From Desulfobacteraceae bacterium (lineage in GTDB: Bacteria > Desulfobacterota > Desulfobacteria > Desulfobacterales > Desulfosarcinaceae), in assembly GCA_050124755.1 (NCBI GenBank), contig JASFER010000001.1, positions 2,391 through 66,390 on the forward strand: 64,000 nt of DNA, written 5' to 3'. This document shows positions 37,533 through 46,307 of this stretch, in pieces; positions within the stretch are counted from its first letter, which is position 1, and each line of letters begins with the position of its first letter. The notes under the pieces were generated by a model. The model ran no database searches and had not been told where the DNA came from. It saw nothing but the letters and a program-made list of their open reading frames with translations. The position numbers and the translations under genes are program-made.

Positions 37533-38935
37533 TTGGTTTTCTCCGTCGTTTCGTTCCCTGCGGGTATGGAAACCACCAGTTTATCGGGAAGCATGCCTCT
37601 TTCGCCGATGCTTTGAATGGTTTGGGCCGTTGTTTCTTTCAGCCTTGTGCCTTTGGTGAGCAACAAGCGTCCGTCATTGAGACGCAGATCTTCCATCAAG
37701 ACCATCCCGGCTTTAATTGCTTTCAGGCTGATGGCATGGGAAGGATCGATATTCCTGGATTTACGAATCACCTTTATCAAGGCGGTCACCACGTCCATAT
37801 CGTATTTGCGGTTGCTTTCGATAAGCAGTTTTTTCTCCGCCGCCTCTTCGATGGTCACCTCCGGATCATCGGTGACGGTAAAACTTTTCCAAACGGAAGC
37901 ATCAAAATGCCGGCGGGTATAACGGACGAGTTTGCGCGCATCCCGCGGCCAGGTTGACGTGATACCCAGATAATCCGAAACGGCTAAAATAATTCTGGAA
38001 CCCAGCGGTATCTGGGATTTTTTGAGGCCGTTCGGAAATCCTTGGCCATTGACATATTCATGGTGGAAAAGAACGATTTCTCCCACGTCGGCCAGCTTAT
38101 CCACGCTGTCAAGGATAACCGATCCAATAACCGGATGTTCTCTGAACAAGCGGTACTGCGCGTCACTCATTTGTTTGACGTCTTTGCCCTGCAACTCGTC
38201 AGGCAACCCGAGCAATCCGATATCATGGATCATGCCGGCCATTTCGATCTTATCCAGTTCGGCTGCGCTCAGAGGGAACTCCTCCGCCACCTTGCGCGAC
38301 AGTTGGGCAACCTGCCGCATCTGTTTACCCAGAGCCGGTTTTACGCTTTCTACAAGGGCCGTCAGCAACCGAATGGAATCCATGAAGCTGGCTTCCAGCA
38401 TGCGGTTGATTCTTTCCAAGGCCTTGTTTTGTGCAATGACTTGGGTGGTGCGCTCTTTGACTTTGCATTCCAGATTTTTATTGAGGTCACTCAGTTTTGC
38501 ATTTTGCGCCGCGGTCAGCGCCGTCAGACGCTTGTTCTCAGATACCAGTTCATAATGCTCCAAAGATTGCGCCACCTGAAGCAACAGATCGTTATCGTTC
38601 CAGGGCTTGGTCAAATAGCGGTGAATTTCACCTTTGTTGACCGCCTGTATGACGGCCTCCAAATCAGAGTATCCCGTCAGCAAATAACGGATGGCCTCCG
38701 GGCAGATGGCTTTGGATTTTTCCAGGAACTGGGCCCCGTTCATTTCGGGCATGCGCTGATCCGAAATGATCATTGAAACCGGTTTTTCAAGCTGGTGGAG
38801 TTTTTCAAGGCCTTTCAGGCCGCTTTCGGCTGTCAGAATGTGATACCCTTCTTTGCGAAACAAGCGGTGCAGGGCTCTGGTGATGGCTTTTTCGTCATCG
38901 ACCAGCAATAAAGTATGTTCTTTTTGTAATGCCAA
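37529..38935 (-). CDS. Response regulator, REC + HD-GYP-type domain (GFP variant) + C-terminal extension of about 110 aa
   Basis: Motifs LVDDE, MIISDQRMPEMNG, TKPWNDNDL and MIHDIGLLGLP are present. HHEYVNGQGFPNGLKK shows GFP in place of GYP. Confidence 0.8.
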   Translation of the reverse strand: MALQKEHTLLLVDDEKAITRALHRLFRKEGYHILTAESGLKGLEKLHQLEKPVSMIISDQRMPEMNGAQFLEKSKAICPEAIRYLLTGYSDLEAVIQAVNKGEIHRYLTKPWNDNDLLLQVAQSLEHYELVSENKRLTALTAAQNAKLSDLNKNLECKVKERTTQVIAQNKALERINRMLEASFMDSIRLLTALVESVKPALGKQMRQVAQLSRKVAEEFPLSAAELDKIEMAGMIHDIGLLGLPDELQGKDVKQMSDAQYRLFREHPVIGSVILDSVDKLADVGEIVLFHHEYVNGQGFPNGLKKSQIPLGSRIILAVSDYLGITSTWPRDARKLVRYTRRHFDASVWKSFTVTDDPEVTIEEAAEKKLLIESNRKYDMDVVTALIKVIRKSRNIDPSHAISLKAIKAGMVLMEDLRLNDGRLLLTKGTRLKETTAQTIQSIGERGMLPDKLVVSIPAGNETTEKTK

Positions 38936-39019
38936 AATATCACTCCACGACCATCAGGGCTGTGCACCTGAAATACATTAAGTTGGATATTATAGCGACC
39001 GCTGCCGTATGTCTCATCA

Positions 39020-40747
39020 TCAGCAATCTTCCAGCCTGTCGAAAGCGTCTGTCGGTATTTTTATGGTAAAGGTGGTCCCCTTGCCCACCGTGCTGTCCGC
39101 TTCTATGTTACCGTTATGTTTTTTCACGATATTATAGGCAATATTCATCCCCAAACCGGTCCCTTTGCCCACGTCTTTGGTGGTAAAAAAGGGATCGAAG
39201 ATTTTACGCAGATTCTCTTTTGGTATGCCGCAACCGGTGTCGCTGATCTTGATTTCCACATGGCCGTTCAACTGTTGTGTTTTGACGACAATCTCTCCCT
39301 TTTTTTCGATAGCCTGGGCGGCATTAACCAAAATGTTCATAAATACTTGATTGAGTTGTTGTGGATAACCTTTCACCGGCGGAATGTCGCCAAGATCCTT
39401 CTTCACTTTGGCTTTATATTTGATTTCGTTGTTGACCACATTTAATGTGGACTCCAGCCCTTTATTGATATCAATAGATTTAATTTTGTCTTCGCCGGGA
39501 TGGGCGAAATCTTTCAGATCCATGACGATTTTTTTGATACGGTCGGTGCCTTCCCGACAATCGCCGATCAGATCGTTGATATCGTCCAGCAAAAATTCCA
39601 GATCGATATCATTTTCAACGGCAGATATCTTTTGAGCACTTTGCATTAAAGGTTCAGGAATCCGGTCGTTAAATTCAACACTGCCCAGATCGGTTATCAA
39701 TTGACGATATTTTTCAATCAAATGGGCGATGTCGCTTTGATAATCCACGAGCGTTTTTAAATTGCTGCTGATAAAACCTGTGGGATTATTGATTTCGTGG
39801 GCTACACCGGCCGCAAGTTGACCGATGGAAGCCATTTTTTCGGAATGAAGCATCTGGGCCTGTGTATTTTCCAGTTGTTTCAGGGTGTTTTTCAGTTCGG
39901 TGTTCTGGTTTTCGATCTTGGCCGTGTTGGCCATCAATTGTTCATTCAACAAATGGATTTGTTCGGTCTTGCGCCGGTCCTCGCTGACATCCTGGGCAAG
40001 CACGACCACCTTAAATAGATCATCCAACTCATTTCGTACGGGCTGGCAGCTGACTTTTAGAAATGTCTCTTCGCCATTGCCACTTTTGACGACAACCAGC
40101 TCGTTTGCCTCGGAGCCGTTTTCAAAAACATGGCTCACCAAAGACTGAAGACCTTCATCCCGAAGGAAATTGTTTTCCGAGATGGCGTGATCTAAACAAT
40201 GTTTGCCCACGACCTCTTGCGGACGGCATTTCAGTCGATTGGTAAACGCTTTATTGACAGTGACAATCTTCATATCCCGGTCCAGGGAGACGATCTCCTC
40301 GCCAAGAGAATCAATGACAATCCGCAACTTGTTGCGGCTTTCGATAATCGTTTTGGCCATGCTATGATAGCGCTCCTCAAGATCGATCACACGTATGCCG
40401 TTCATCACACGGGCCTTGAATTCTTCAAGGTCGAATGGTTTTGGGATGTAGTCATCGGCGCCGGCCCTGAATACATCCACAATGTCTTCCTTGCGGTTTT
40501 TGGCCGTCAGCATGATGAAATAGATATATCTTTTAAAGGCTTCTGAACGAATCTTTTTGCACAGCTCCAATCCATTCAGTCCCGGCATCACCCAATCGCA
40601 GATGACAATCTTGGTCTTTTTGGCATTGAGGATTTCCCAGGCCTGTTGCCCGTCTTCAGCTTCGATTATCGTATGGCCCATTGCCTCCAGTGCATTTTTC
40701 AGCATGAGGCGGAAAATATTTTCATCTTCGACAATTAAAATTTCCAT
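39020..40747 (-). CDS. Hybrid histidine kinase, REC + PAS + HisKA + HATPase
   Basis: Motifs ILIVEDE, IVICDWVMPGLNG, H-box GVAHEINNPTGFI and G-boxes DTGCGI and GTGLGM are present. The ORF is open to 40759; the start MEILIVEDE was preferred. Confidence 0.85.
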   Translation of the reverse strand: MEILIVEDENIFRLMLKNALEAMGHTIIEAEDGQQAWEILNAKKTKIVICDWVMPGLNGLELCKKIRSEAFKRYIYFIMLTAKNRKEDIVDVFRAGADDYIPKPFDLEEFKARVMNGIRVIDLEERYHSMAKTIIESRNKLRIVIDSLGEEIVSLDRDMKIVTVNKAFTNRLKCRPQEVVGKHCLDHAISENNFLRDEGLQSLVSHVFENGSEANELVVVKSGNGEETFLKVSCQPVRNELDDLFKVVVLAQDVSEDRRKTEQIHLLNEQLMANTAKIENQNTELKNTLKQLENTQAQMLHSEKMASIGQLAAGVAHEINNPTGFISSNLKTLVDYQSDIAHLIEKYRQLITDLGSVEFNDRIPEPLMQSAQKISAVENDIDLEFLLDDINDLIGDCREGTDRIKKIVMDLKDFAHPGEDKIKSIDINKGLESTLNVVNNEIKYKAKVKKDLGDIPPVKGYPQQLNQVFMNILVNAAQAIEKKGEIVVKTQQLNGHVEIKISDTGCGIPKENLRKIFDPFFTTKDVGKGTGLGMNIAYNIVKKHNGNIEADSTVGKGTTFTIKIPTDAFDRLEDC

Positions 40748-41012
40748 AGACGCTTCCATTAAAAAGCAATCTTATAAATGTGTTGCACCAATAAGTAGAA
40801 TACTATTCAAATTTCAGGGCTTGGGATTCAATTCGGGAGAGGAGATGTTCAGAAAGATTTGCAGATTCAAGTTGACTGATTGTTTTTTCGTATAGCTTTG
40901 TACTCAACTAGTGAACACAAAATTATCACAACTTCTGTTTCCTAACATCGACCTTTTTTGCGTTAACTTTAGCGCATTCTGTTATCTGTTATGAAACCGG
41001 TTATCGATGGGC

Positions 41013-43622
41013 TCAAGCCGCCGAGCGCTTGTCCAACGCTCCGCGAATGGCGGCAGACAGCTTATCCCGGACCAAAGGTTTGTACATCAAAGCCCGGGCG
41101 CCGATATTTGAAGCCATCTGTTCGCTGATATTTGCACTATATCCGGTACATAAGAGAACAGGCAGGTCGGGACGAATTTTCATCATCTCCTTGGCCATAT
41201 CAGGGCCGGCCATCTGAGGCATGGTGACATCGGAAATAACCAGATCAAATTGTTCCGGAGCATTGCGGAACTGTTCCAGCGCCGCGACGGGATTGTTGTT
41301 AGTCGTCACATGGTATCCCATTTTGGAGAGCAATTGAGATATCATGCGCGTTAGAAGCGATTCATCATCAACAAAAAGAATGTGTTCGCCTCCTCCGACA
41401 ATGGCGTTTGGCTGTTGTTGGACCTGTAAATTCTTTATTTTAACGGCCGGCAGGTAAATGTTGAAAGTTGATCCCTGTCCGACAACACTGTCGACACAAA
41501 CGGCCCCGTTTAAACTTCTGACGATACCCTGGACCACCGAAAGCCCCATTCCGGATCCTTCGCCCTGGGCTTTAGTGGTAAAGTAAGGATCAAAGATGCG
41601 CTCCAAGGTTTCCGCCGACATGCCGTGCCCGGAGTCCGCGACCTTGAGCAATGCATAGTGACCTTCTTTCAGACTTGTCTCACAAGGCGCATTGCCGGGA
41701 GTAATATCGATCATTGAAAGAGCGATGGTCAGGACACCGCCGCTATCTCGCATGGCATGGCTGGCATTGGTGCAAAGATTGACGATGATCTGATGCACTT
41801 GCGTCGGATCGGCAAGAACAGTGGGATTGGCATCCAACTCGGTTCGGATCTCGATGTTCGTGGGCAGCGTTGCGCGCATTAGATTGCGGCTCTCTTTTAC
41901 GATGTTGGTCAAGTTCAGTGGATGTTTTTTAATTTCGGTTTGGCGGGCAAAAGTCAATATTTGGCGCACAAGCTCGGCCGCGCGCTGGGCGCCCGCGATA
42001 GCCTGTTGAAGGTTATCTTGCTGGCTGGTATCCGTGATCGCATCTTCCAGGGCCAATTCACAATATCCAATGATGGCATAAAGAATATTGTTAAAATCAT
42101 GTGCAATTCCTCCGGCCAGCGTGCCCAGAGCCTCCATTTTGTGGGCTTGCCGCAGCTGGGTCTCCAATTTATGTTTTTCATCCTCAATCTTTTTGCGATC
42201 GGTGATGTCAATAAGGGCGCCGTCAATATAAGCGGTCCCTGTTTTTTGGTCCACAGTGCGATTCAGATGGACGGCGCCCCATATGGGCGTGCCGTCTTGG
42301 CGTTTAAAACGAAGTTCCAGGCGTTGTATGTTATCCGATGCCTTAAACCAGTCCATCATATAATCGTATTGTTCCGGATGGTCATATAACCGGCAAATGG
42401 GCACATTCATCATCTCATCCTGGGAATCGTAACCGAAAATGGAAACCATTTTGGGATTGGCAAACAGAAAGCGCCCATCAATGGTTCTTCGGAACAGACC
42501 AATGGGAATATTGTCCTGCAGCGAACGCAGTTGGGCCTCGCTCTTCTGCAGCGCATCGGCCATTTGCCGGCGTTCTTCGATCTGTTCTTGCAGATTTTCA
42601 TTGGCATTTTTCAAATCCCTGGTGCGCCGGCGGACTTTGGACAAAACCTTATTGAAAGCCTGGGCGAAGTAGAGAAATTCGGCGTGCCGGACCTCGGCGG
42701 TGTCCAGATCCGAGTGCCCATCGGTGGCAGCGATATGATGGGCATTTTTAGCCAGGGCATCCAGTGCACAAGTGACTCTTTTCAGAATCAAAAAAGAGAT
42801 CGTAAAGGTCAAAATCAAAAGCGGTATGCACAGCAAAACCAGTTTTGTCACCATTGACCACCGATGATGTCGGTATTGTTGGTTGTCAACGATAAAATAC
42901 ACAGACGGAAATTCCTGCATGCCCATAAGCTGGGGATAGCGCCCATCCGAAGCGTGCTGATGTTGATTTCGGGTCAGTTCGGAAGTGATCCAGTGCGATG
43001 TCATGTACAACGGCCGATGGGTGAACACGTCTGTTAAGTGCTCCTCTTGCCTGTAAACAAGGGATAGATCGCTGAACGCCGCCAACAGTTCCAAACAATG
43101 CGGGTCCTTGCTCAGATCATAAACCCCCACGGCATGTCCTTCAACCCGGTCTTGATGGATGATGGGCGTAAAATAGACAAAGGTATGCTGATTAACCGCC
43201 TTCTGGGTTACGCCACCCGGCTGCAGTGCAAGCAGCTGCGTATCATTTAGAAATCCATGATCGTCACCGGGTTGCGGATAATAGCGGCCCTCCGGGCTGC
43301 GCACGTAAAAGGTGCTGCCCATGGACTGGGGGTAGAACGCATTGATGCTTTCGGCAATTTTAGAGTGCATCCCGAGAAACAGCGCAATCCTGATATTGTT
43401 GTTGAACCGGATCTCTTCGACCCTGGAATGGGTGTAATTCAGCCTGTTGGTTAAATGCAGGCGCAATTCCGCTTGTTGCGCATTGATCCGACCGATCTGC
43501 TCCTGTTGCATGGACTGGTCCAGCATTGCGAACAAAAAACCGATCACAACGGCCAAGGAGAGGCCTTCCAGGAGAAAGACCATGACGAGTAAAAAACGTC
43601 TGAAAGTCGGCGGTCTTTTCAT
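41013..43622 (-). CDS. Membrane sensor hybrid histidine kinase: periplasmic domain between 2 TM segments, HAMP-like region, PAS, HisKA, HATPase, REC
   Basis: TM segments lie at the N-terminus and near residue 260. The H-box is GGIAHDFNNIL, the G-boxes are DSGHGM and GSGMGL, and the C-terminal REC has LVISDVTMPQMAG. Confidence 0.85.
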   Translation of the reverse strand: MKRPPTFRRFLLVMVFLLEGLSLAVVIGFLFAMLDQSMQQEQIGRINAQQAELRLHLTNRLNYTHSRVEEIRFNNNIRIALFLGMHSKIAESINAFYPQSMGSTFYVRSPEGRYYPQPGDDHGFLNDTQLLALQPGGVTQKAVNQHTFVYFTPIIHQDRVEGHAVGVYDLSKDPHCLELLAAFSDLSLVYRQEEHLTDVFTHRPLYMTSHWITSELTRNQHQHASDGRYPQLMGMQEFPSVYFIVDNQQYRHHRWSMVTKLVLLCIPLLILTFTISFLILKRVTCALDALAKNAHHIAATDGHSDLDTAEVRHAEFLYFAQAFNKVLSKVRRRTRDLKNANENLQEQIEERRQMADALQKSEAQLRSLQDNIPIGLFRRTIDGRFLFANPKMVSIFGYDSQDEMMNVPICRLYDHPEQYDYMMDWFKASDNIQRLELRFKRQDGTPIWGAVHLNRTVDQKTGTAYIDGALIDITDRKKIEDEKHKLETQLRQAHKMEALGTLAGGIAHDFNNILYAIIGYCELALEDAITDTSQQDNLQQAIAGAQRAAELVRQILTFARQTEIKKHPLNLTNIVKESRNLMRATLPTNIEIRTELDANPTVLADPTQVHQIIVNLCTNASHAMRDSGGVLTIALSMIDITPGNAPCETSLKEGHYALLKVADSGHGMSAETLERIFDPYFTTKAQGEGSGMGLSVVQGIVRSLNGAVCVDSVVGQGSTFNIYLPAVKIKNLQVQQQPNAIVGGGEHILFVDDESLLTRMISQLLSKMGYHVTTNNNPVAALEQFRNAPEQFDLVISDVTMPQMAGPDMAKEMMKIRPDLPVLLCTGYSANISEQMASNIGARALMYKPLVRDKLSAAIRGALDKRSAA

Positions 43623-43624
43623 TT

Positions 43625-44677
43625 TTAACGGTTTGTTGCTCCTGCTTCGGCCAAATCAGTTGATGCCACGTTTTGGTATAAATTGTCCGCCCCGCTGATC
43701 AACTCGAAGGGCGGCTCAAAACCCACCAGTTCCGCCGCCTTAAGGTTGACATCCACGGAGAGCTTGACACCCACATCCATGGGCAGGGCGGCAGGCGGGG
43801 TTCCTTCAAGGATTTTAACGGCATATTGGGCGCACTGGCGGCCGAAGCGTTCGGCATCTTTGCCGATCCCCATCACCAGGCCCTTTTGGATATTGGTGGG
43901 ATCTCCTGCACTGACAATCCGGTGTTCCAAAAACGCCGCCATAAACACGTCAAATTCTTTGGTAAAAGTGTTGGAGGTCTGAACAAAAAAGGCATCTACC
44001 CGGGGGCAGACCGCCGCCAGGGCCGATTGCATATTGCTGCGGATTTGATCCCGCGGAAAGCGAACCCGGTTCTCATCCCTGAGGGGGAATCCCTCGTGGA
44101 TGAATTTAAAACCAATTTCTTTGGATAATTTGCGAATCTGGCGGATTCCGGCTTCATGACTGGGCGAACCTTTCAGATAGATCATGCCCAGGCTTTTGAA
44201 CGAGACAAAATGATGCATCAGGCGAACGACTTTGGTGTAATATTCGGGGGTTTCCACGCCTGTATAATTGGCTCCGGAACTCTTCCAGTCTTTGACGATA
44301 CCGGCATTTTGAGGATCGCCGACAATGGTATACACGATGGGCGTTTTTTTCTCGGCTTTGACCATTCGTTTGGTGGAATGGGTGCCGATGGTAAAAATCA
44401 GATCGATATCCGATCTTGCGGCCAGTTCGTTGATCTTGGATTCCAAGGCGCCGATATCGCTGCGGGCATTAAAATCATCCACAATGTCAAAATCGGCCTT
44501 ATTACCTAATATGCTCAAATTACTGATAAAAGCGTCATGGGCCTGCTGAAAGGGCAAAAATTGCTGATGTTGAACAACAGCAATCGTGTAACGGGGGCCC
44601 GCTTGCACCGCTCCTGCAATTAAAACCAGGATCAGCGTTAGAAGGATGTAAAATGGACGGTGTCTTCCTTTTTCCAT
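43625..44677 (-). CDS. Periplasmic ABC-type substrate-binding protein ('ABC_sub_bind' family) without cognate permease or ATPase genes
   Basis: It has a signal-peptide-like N-terminus. The pattern IAVVQHQQ...IFTIGTHSTK...GANYTGV is typical of this family. A 2-nt gap separates it from the downstream sensor kinase gene. Confidence 0.6.
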   Translation of the reverse strand: MEKGRHRPFYILLTLILVLIAGAVQAGPRYTIAVVQHQQFLPFQQAHDAFISNLSILGNKADFDIVDDFNARSDIGALESKINELAARSDIDLIFTIGTHSTKRMVKAEKKTPIVYTIVGDPQNAGIVKDWKSSGANYTGVETPEYYTKVVRLMHHFVSFKSLGMIYLKGSPSHEAGIRQIRKLSKEIGFKFIHEGFPLRDENRVRFPRDQIRSNMQSALAAVCPRVDAFFVQTSNTFTKEFDVFMAAFLEHRIVSAGDPTNIQKGLVMGIGKDAERFGRQCAQYAVKILEGTPPAALPMDVGVKLSVDVNLKAAELVGFEPPFELISGADNLYQNVASTDLAEAGATNR

Positions 44678-45158
44678 AGCATGTCTCCAATTTCATGAAT
44701 ACTAAAGTAAATCTGACACATATGGGATGAGACCCAAGTCTCTCCACAATATGGCGTCGATAATGAATCCGTGTGAAGTGTGGCCGGTGGAGTGTGATAT
44801 GCGTCAACTGCCAATCGAAAGGAGATGCGATTCAACTGTTTTTATTTTACAACCAAGCCATCGGCCATCAATGGTTTTTTCTTAAGTTTTTTTACTAACC
44901 CACGAAAAGTCCGGCAGCAGGCGTTCGGTCAAATGATTAAGTTTGTAACATTATAAAAATTTTTAAAGTAACATGATTTATGATCGATAGTTCTATCAAG
45001 TTGGTTTAAGTGATCTATTCGGCTTGAAGCTCTATGTGTTTTGCCACTCAAATGCCCTATCCGCAGTTATTTTGAAATTGAGCACAGATCAACTTTCTAC
45101 TGGTTAAGCCGATTCAGCCGCCATAAAACGGCTAATAATAACGCCATAGGAGAAGTCT

Positions 45159-46307
45159 ATGCCTAATATCTTGATCGTGGATGACAATCTGCTGGGACAA
45201 AATATGATGTGCCGGGTTTTAAGTCGAAAAGGCTATGATACAATGTCGGCATCCGACGGGCAGACTGCTCTGGATATAATAATTGCCAAAACACCGGATT
45301 TGGTCCTGTTGGACATTAATATGCCGGGTATGGACGGATTTGAAGTTACCAGCCGGATAAAAAGCAATCCCGAAACAAGCAGCATACCGGTTATCTTGAT
45401 CACCGGCCTTGACACCGTCGACAACCACGTCAGGGCATTGGATATGGGCGCGGACGATTTTATTTCGAAAACCGCCGCCCATGCCGAAATCATTGCCAGG
45501 GTGCGCGCGCATCTCAGAATCAAGGAATTGAACGACCGGATAAAAGCATACCAGCAAAATCTTGAAACACAGGTTGCGCTCAGAACCAAGCAGTTGAACC
45601 ACGCCTTGGAACAACTCAGAGATGCATCGCTGGATACCATTTTCAAACTGACCGCGGCCTCTGAATATCGGGACAACGAAACCGGTGCCCATATCAAGCG
45701 CATGAGCCATTACTCGGCCCTTATCGCCCAAAAAATGGAATTGAACGGCAAGACGGTGGAAACCATTCTTTATGCCGCCCCCATGCATGATATCGGCAAA
45801 ATCGGAATACCCGACAAGATCCTGTTAAAGCCCGGCAAACTGGACACCGAGGAGTGGGAGGTCATGAAAAAGCACACCACCATCGGGGCCGATATTTTGA
45901 AAGGATCCAATATCGGATTTGTCCGAATGGGTGAAACCATCGCGCGCACCCATCATGAAAAATGGGACGGCAGCGGTTACCCGTATGGCTTGAAGGGGAG
46001 ACAGATCCCATTGGCCGGACGCATCGTCGCACTGGCGGATGTTTTCGATGCCTTGACATCCAAACGGCCATACAAAGAGGCCTTTTCCATCGAAAAATCC
46101 AACCGGATCATTTTGGAAGGTCGCGGCAGGCACTTTGACCCGGACGTCGTAGATGCGTTTTTCTCCGTTCAGGATGCGATCTTGAGGATTAAAGAGACCT
46201 ATAAAGATGACCTGGAAAGCTTAATGTTAAAAATGAATCATTTGTCGGAGGCCATTTTCAAGGAATTGCCTCACGGCCAAGCCAATTCAGAAAGAGTATC
46301 CATATGA
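45159..46307 (+). CDS. Response regulator, REC + HD-GYP (RpfG family)
   Basis: Motifs ILIVDDN, LVLLDINMPGMDG, MHDIGKIGIP and HHEKWDGSGYPYGLKG are present. Confidence 0.9.
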   Translation: MPNILIVDDNLLGQNMMCRVLSRKGYDTMSASDGQTALDIIIAKTPDLVLLDINMPGMDGFEVTSRIKSNPETSSIPVILITGLDTVDNHVRALDMGADDFISKTAAHAEIIARVRAHLRIKELNDRIKAYQQNLETQVALRTKQLNHALEQLRDASLDTIFKLTAASEYRDNETGAHIKRMSHYSALIAQKMELNGKTVETILYAAPMHDIGKIGIPDKILLKPGKLDTEEWEVMKKHTTIGADILKGSNIGFVRMGETIARTHHEKWDGSGYPYGLKGRQIPLAGRIVALADVFDALTSKRPYKEAFSIEKSNRIILEGRGRHFDPDVVDAFFSVQDAILRIKETYKDDLESLMLKMNHLSEAIFKELPHGQANSERVSI

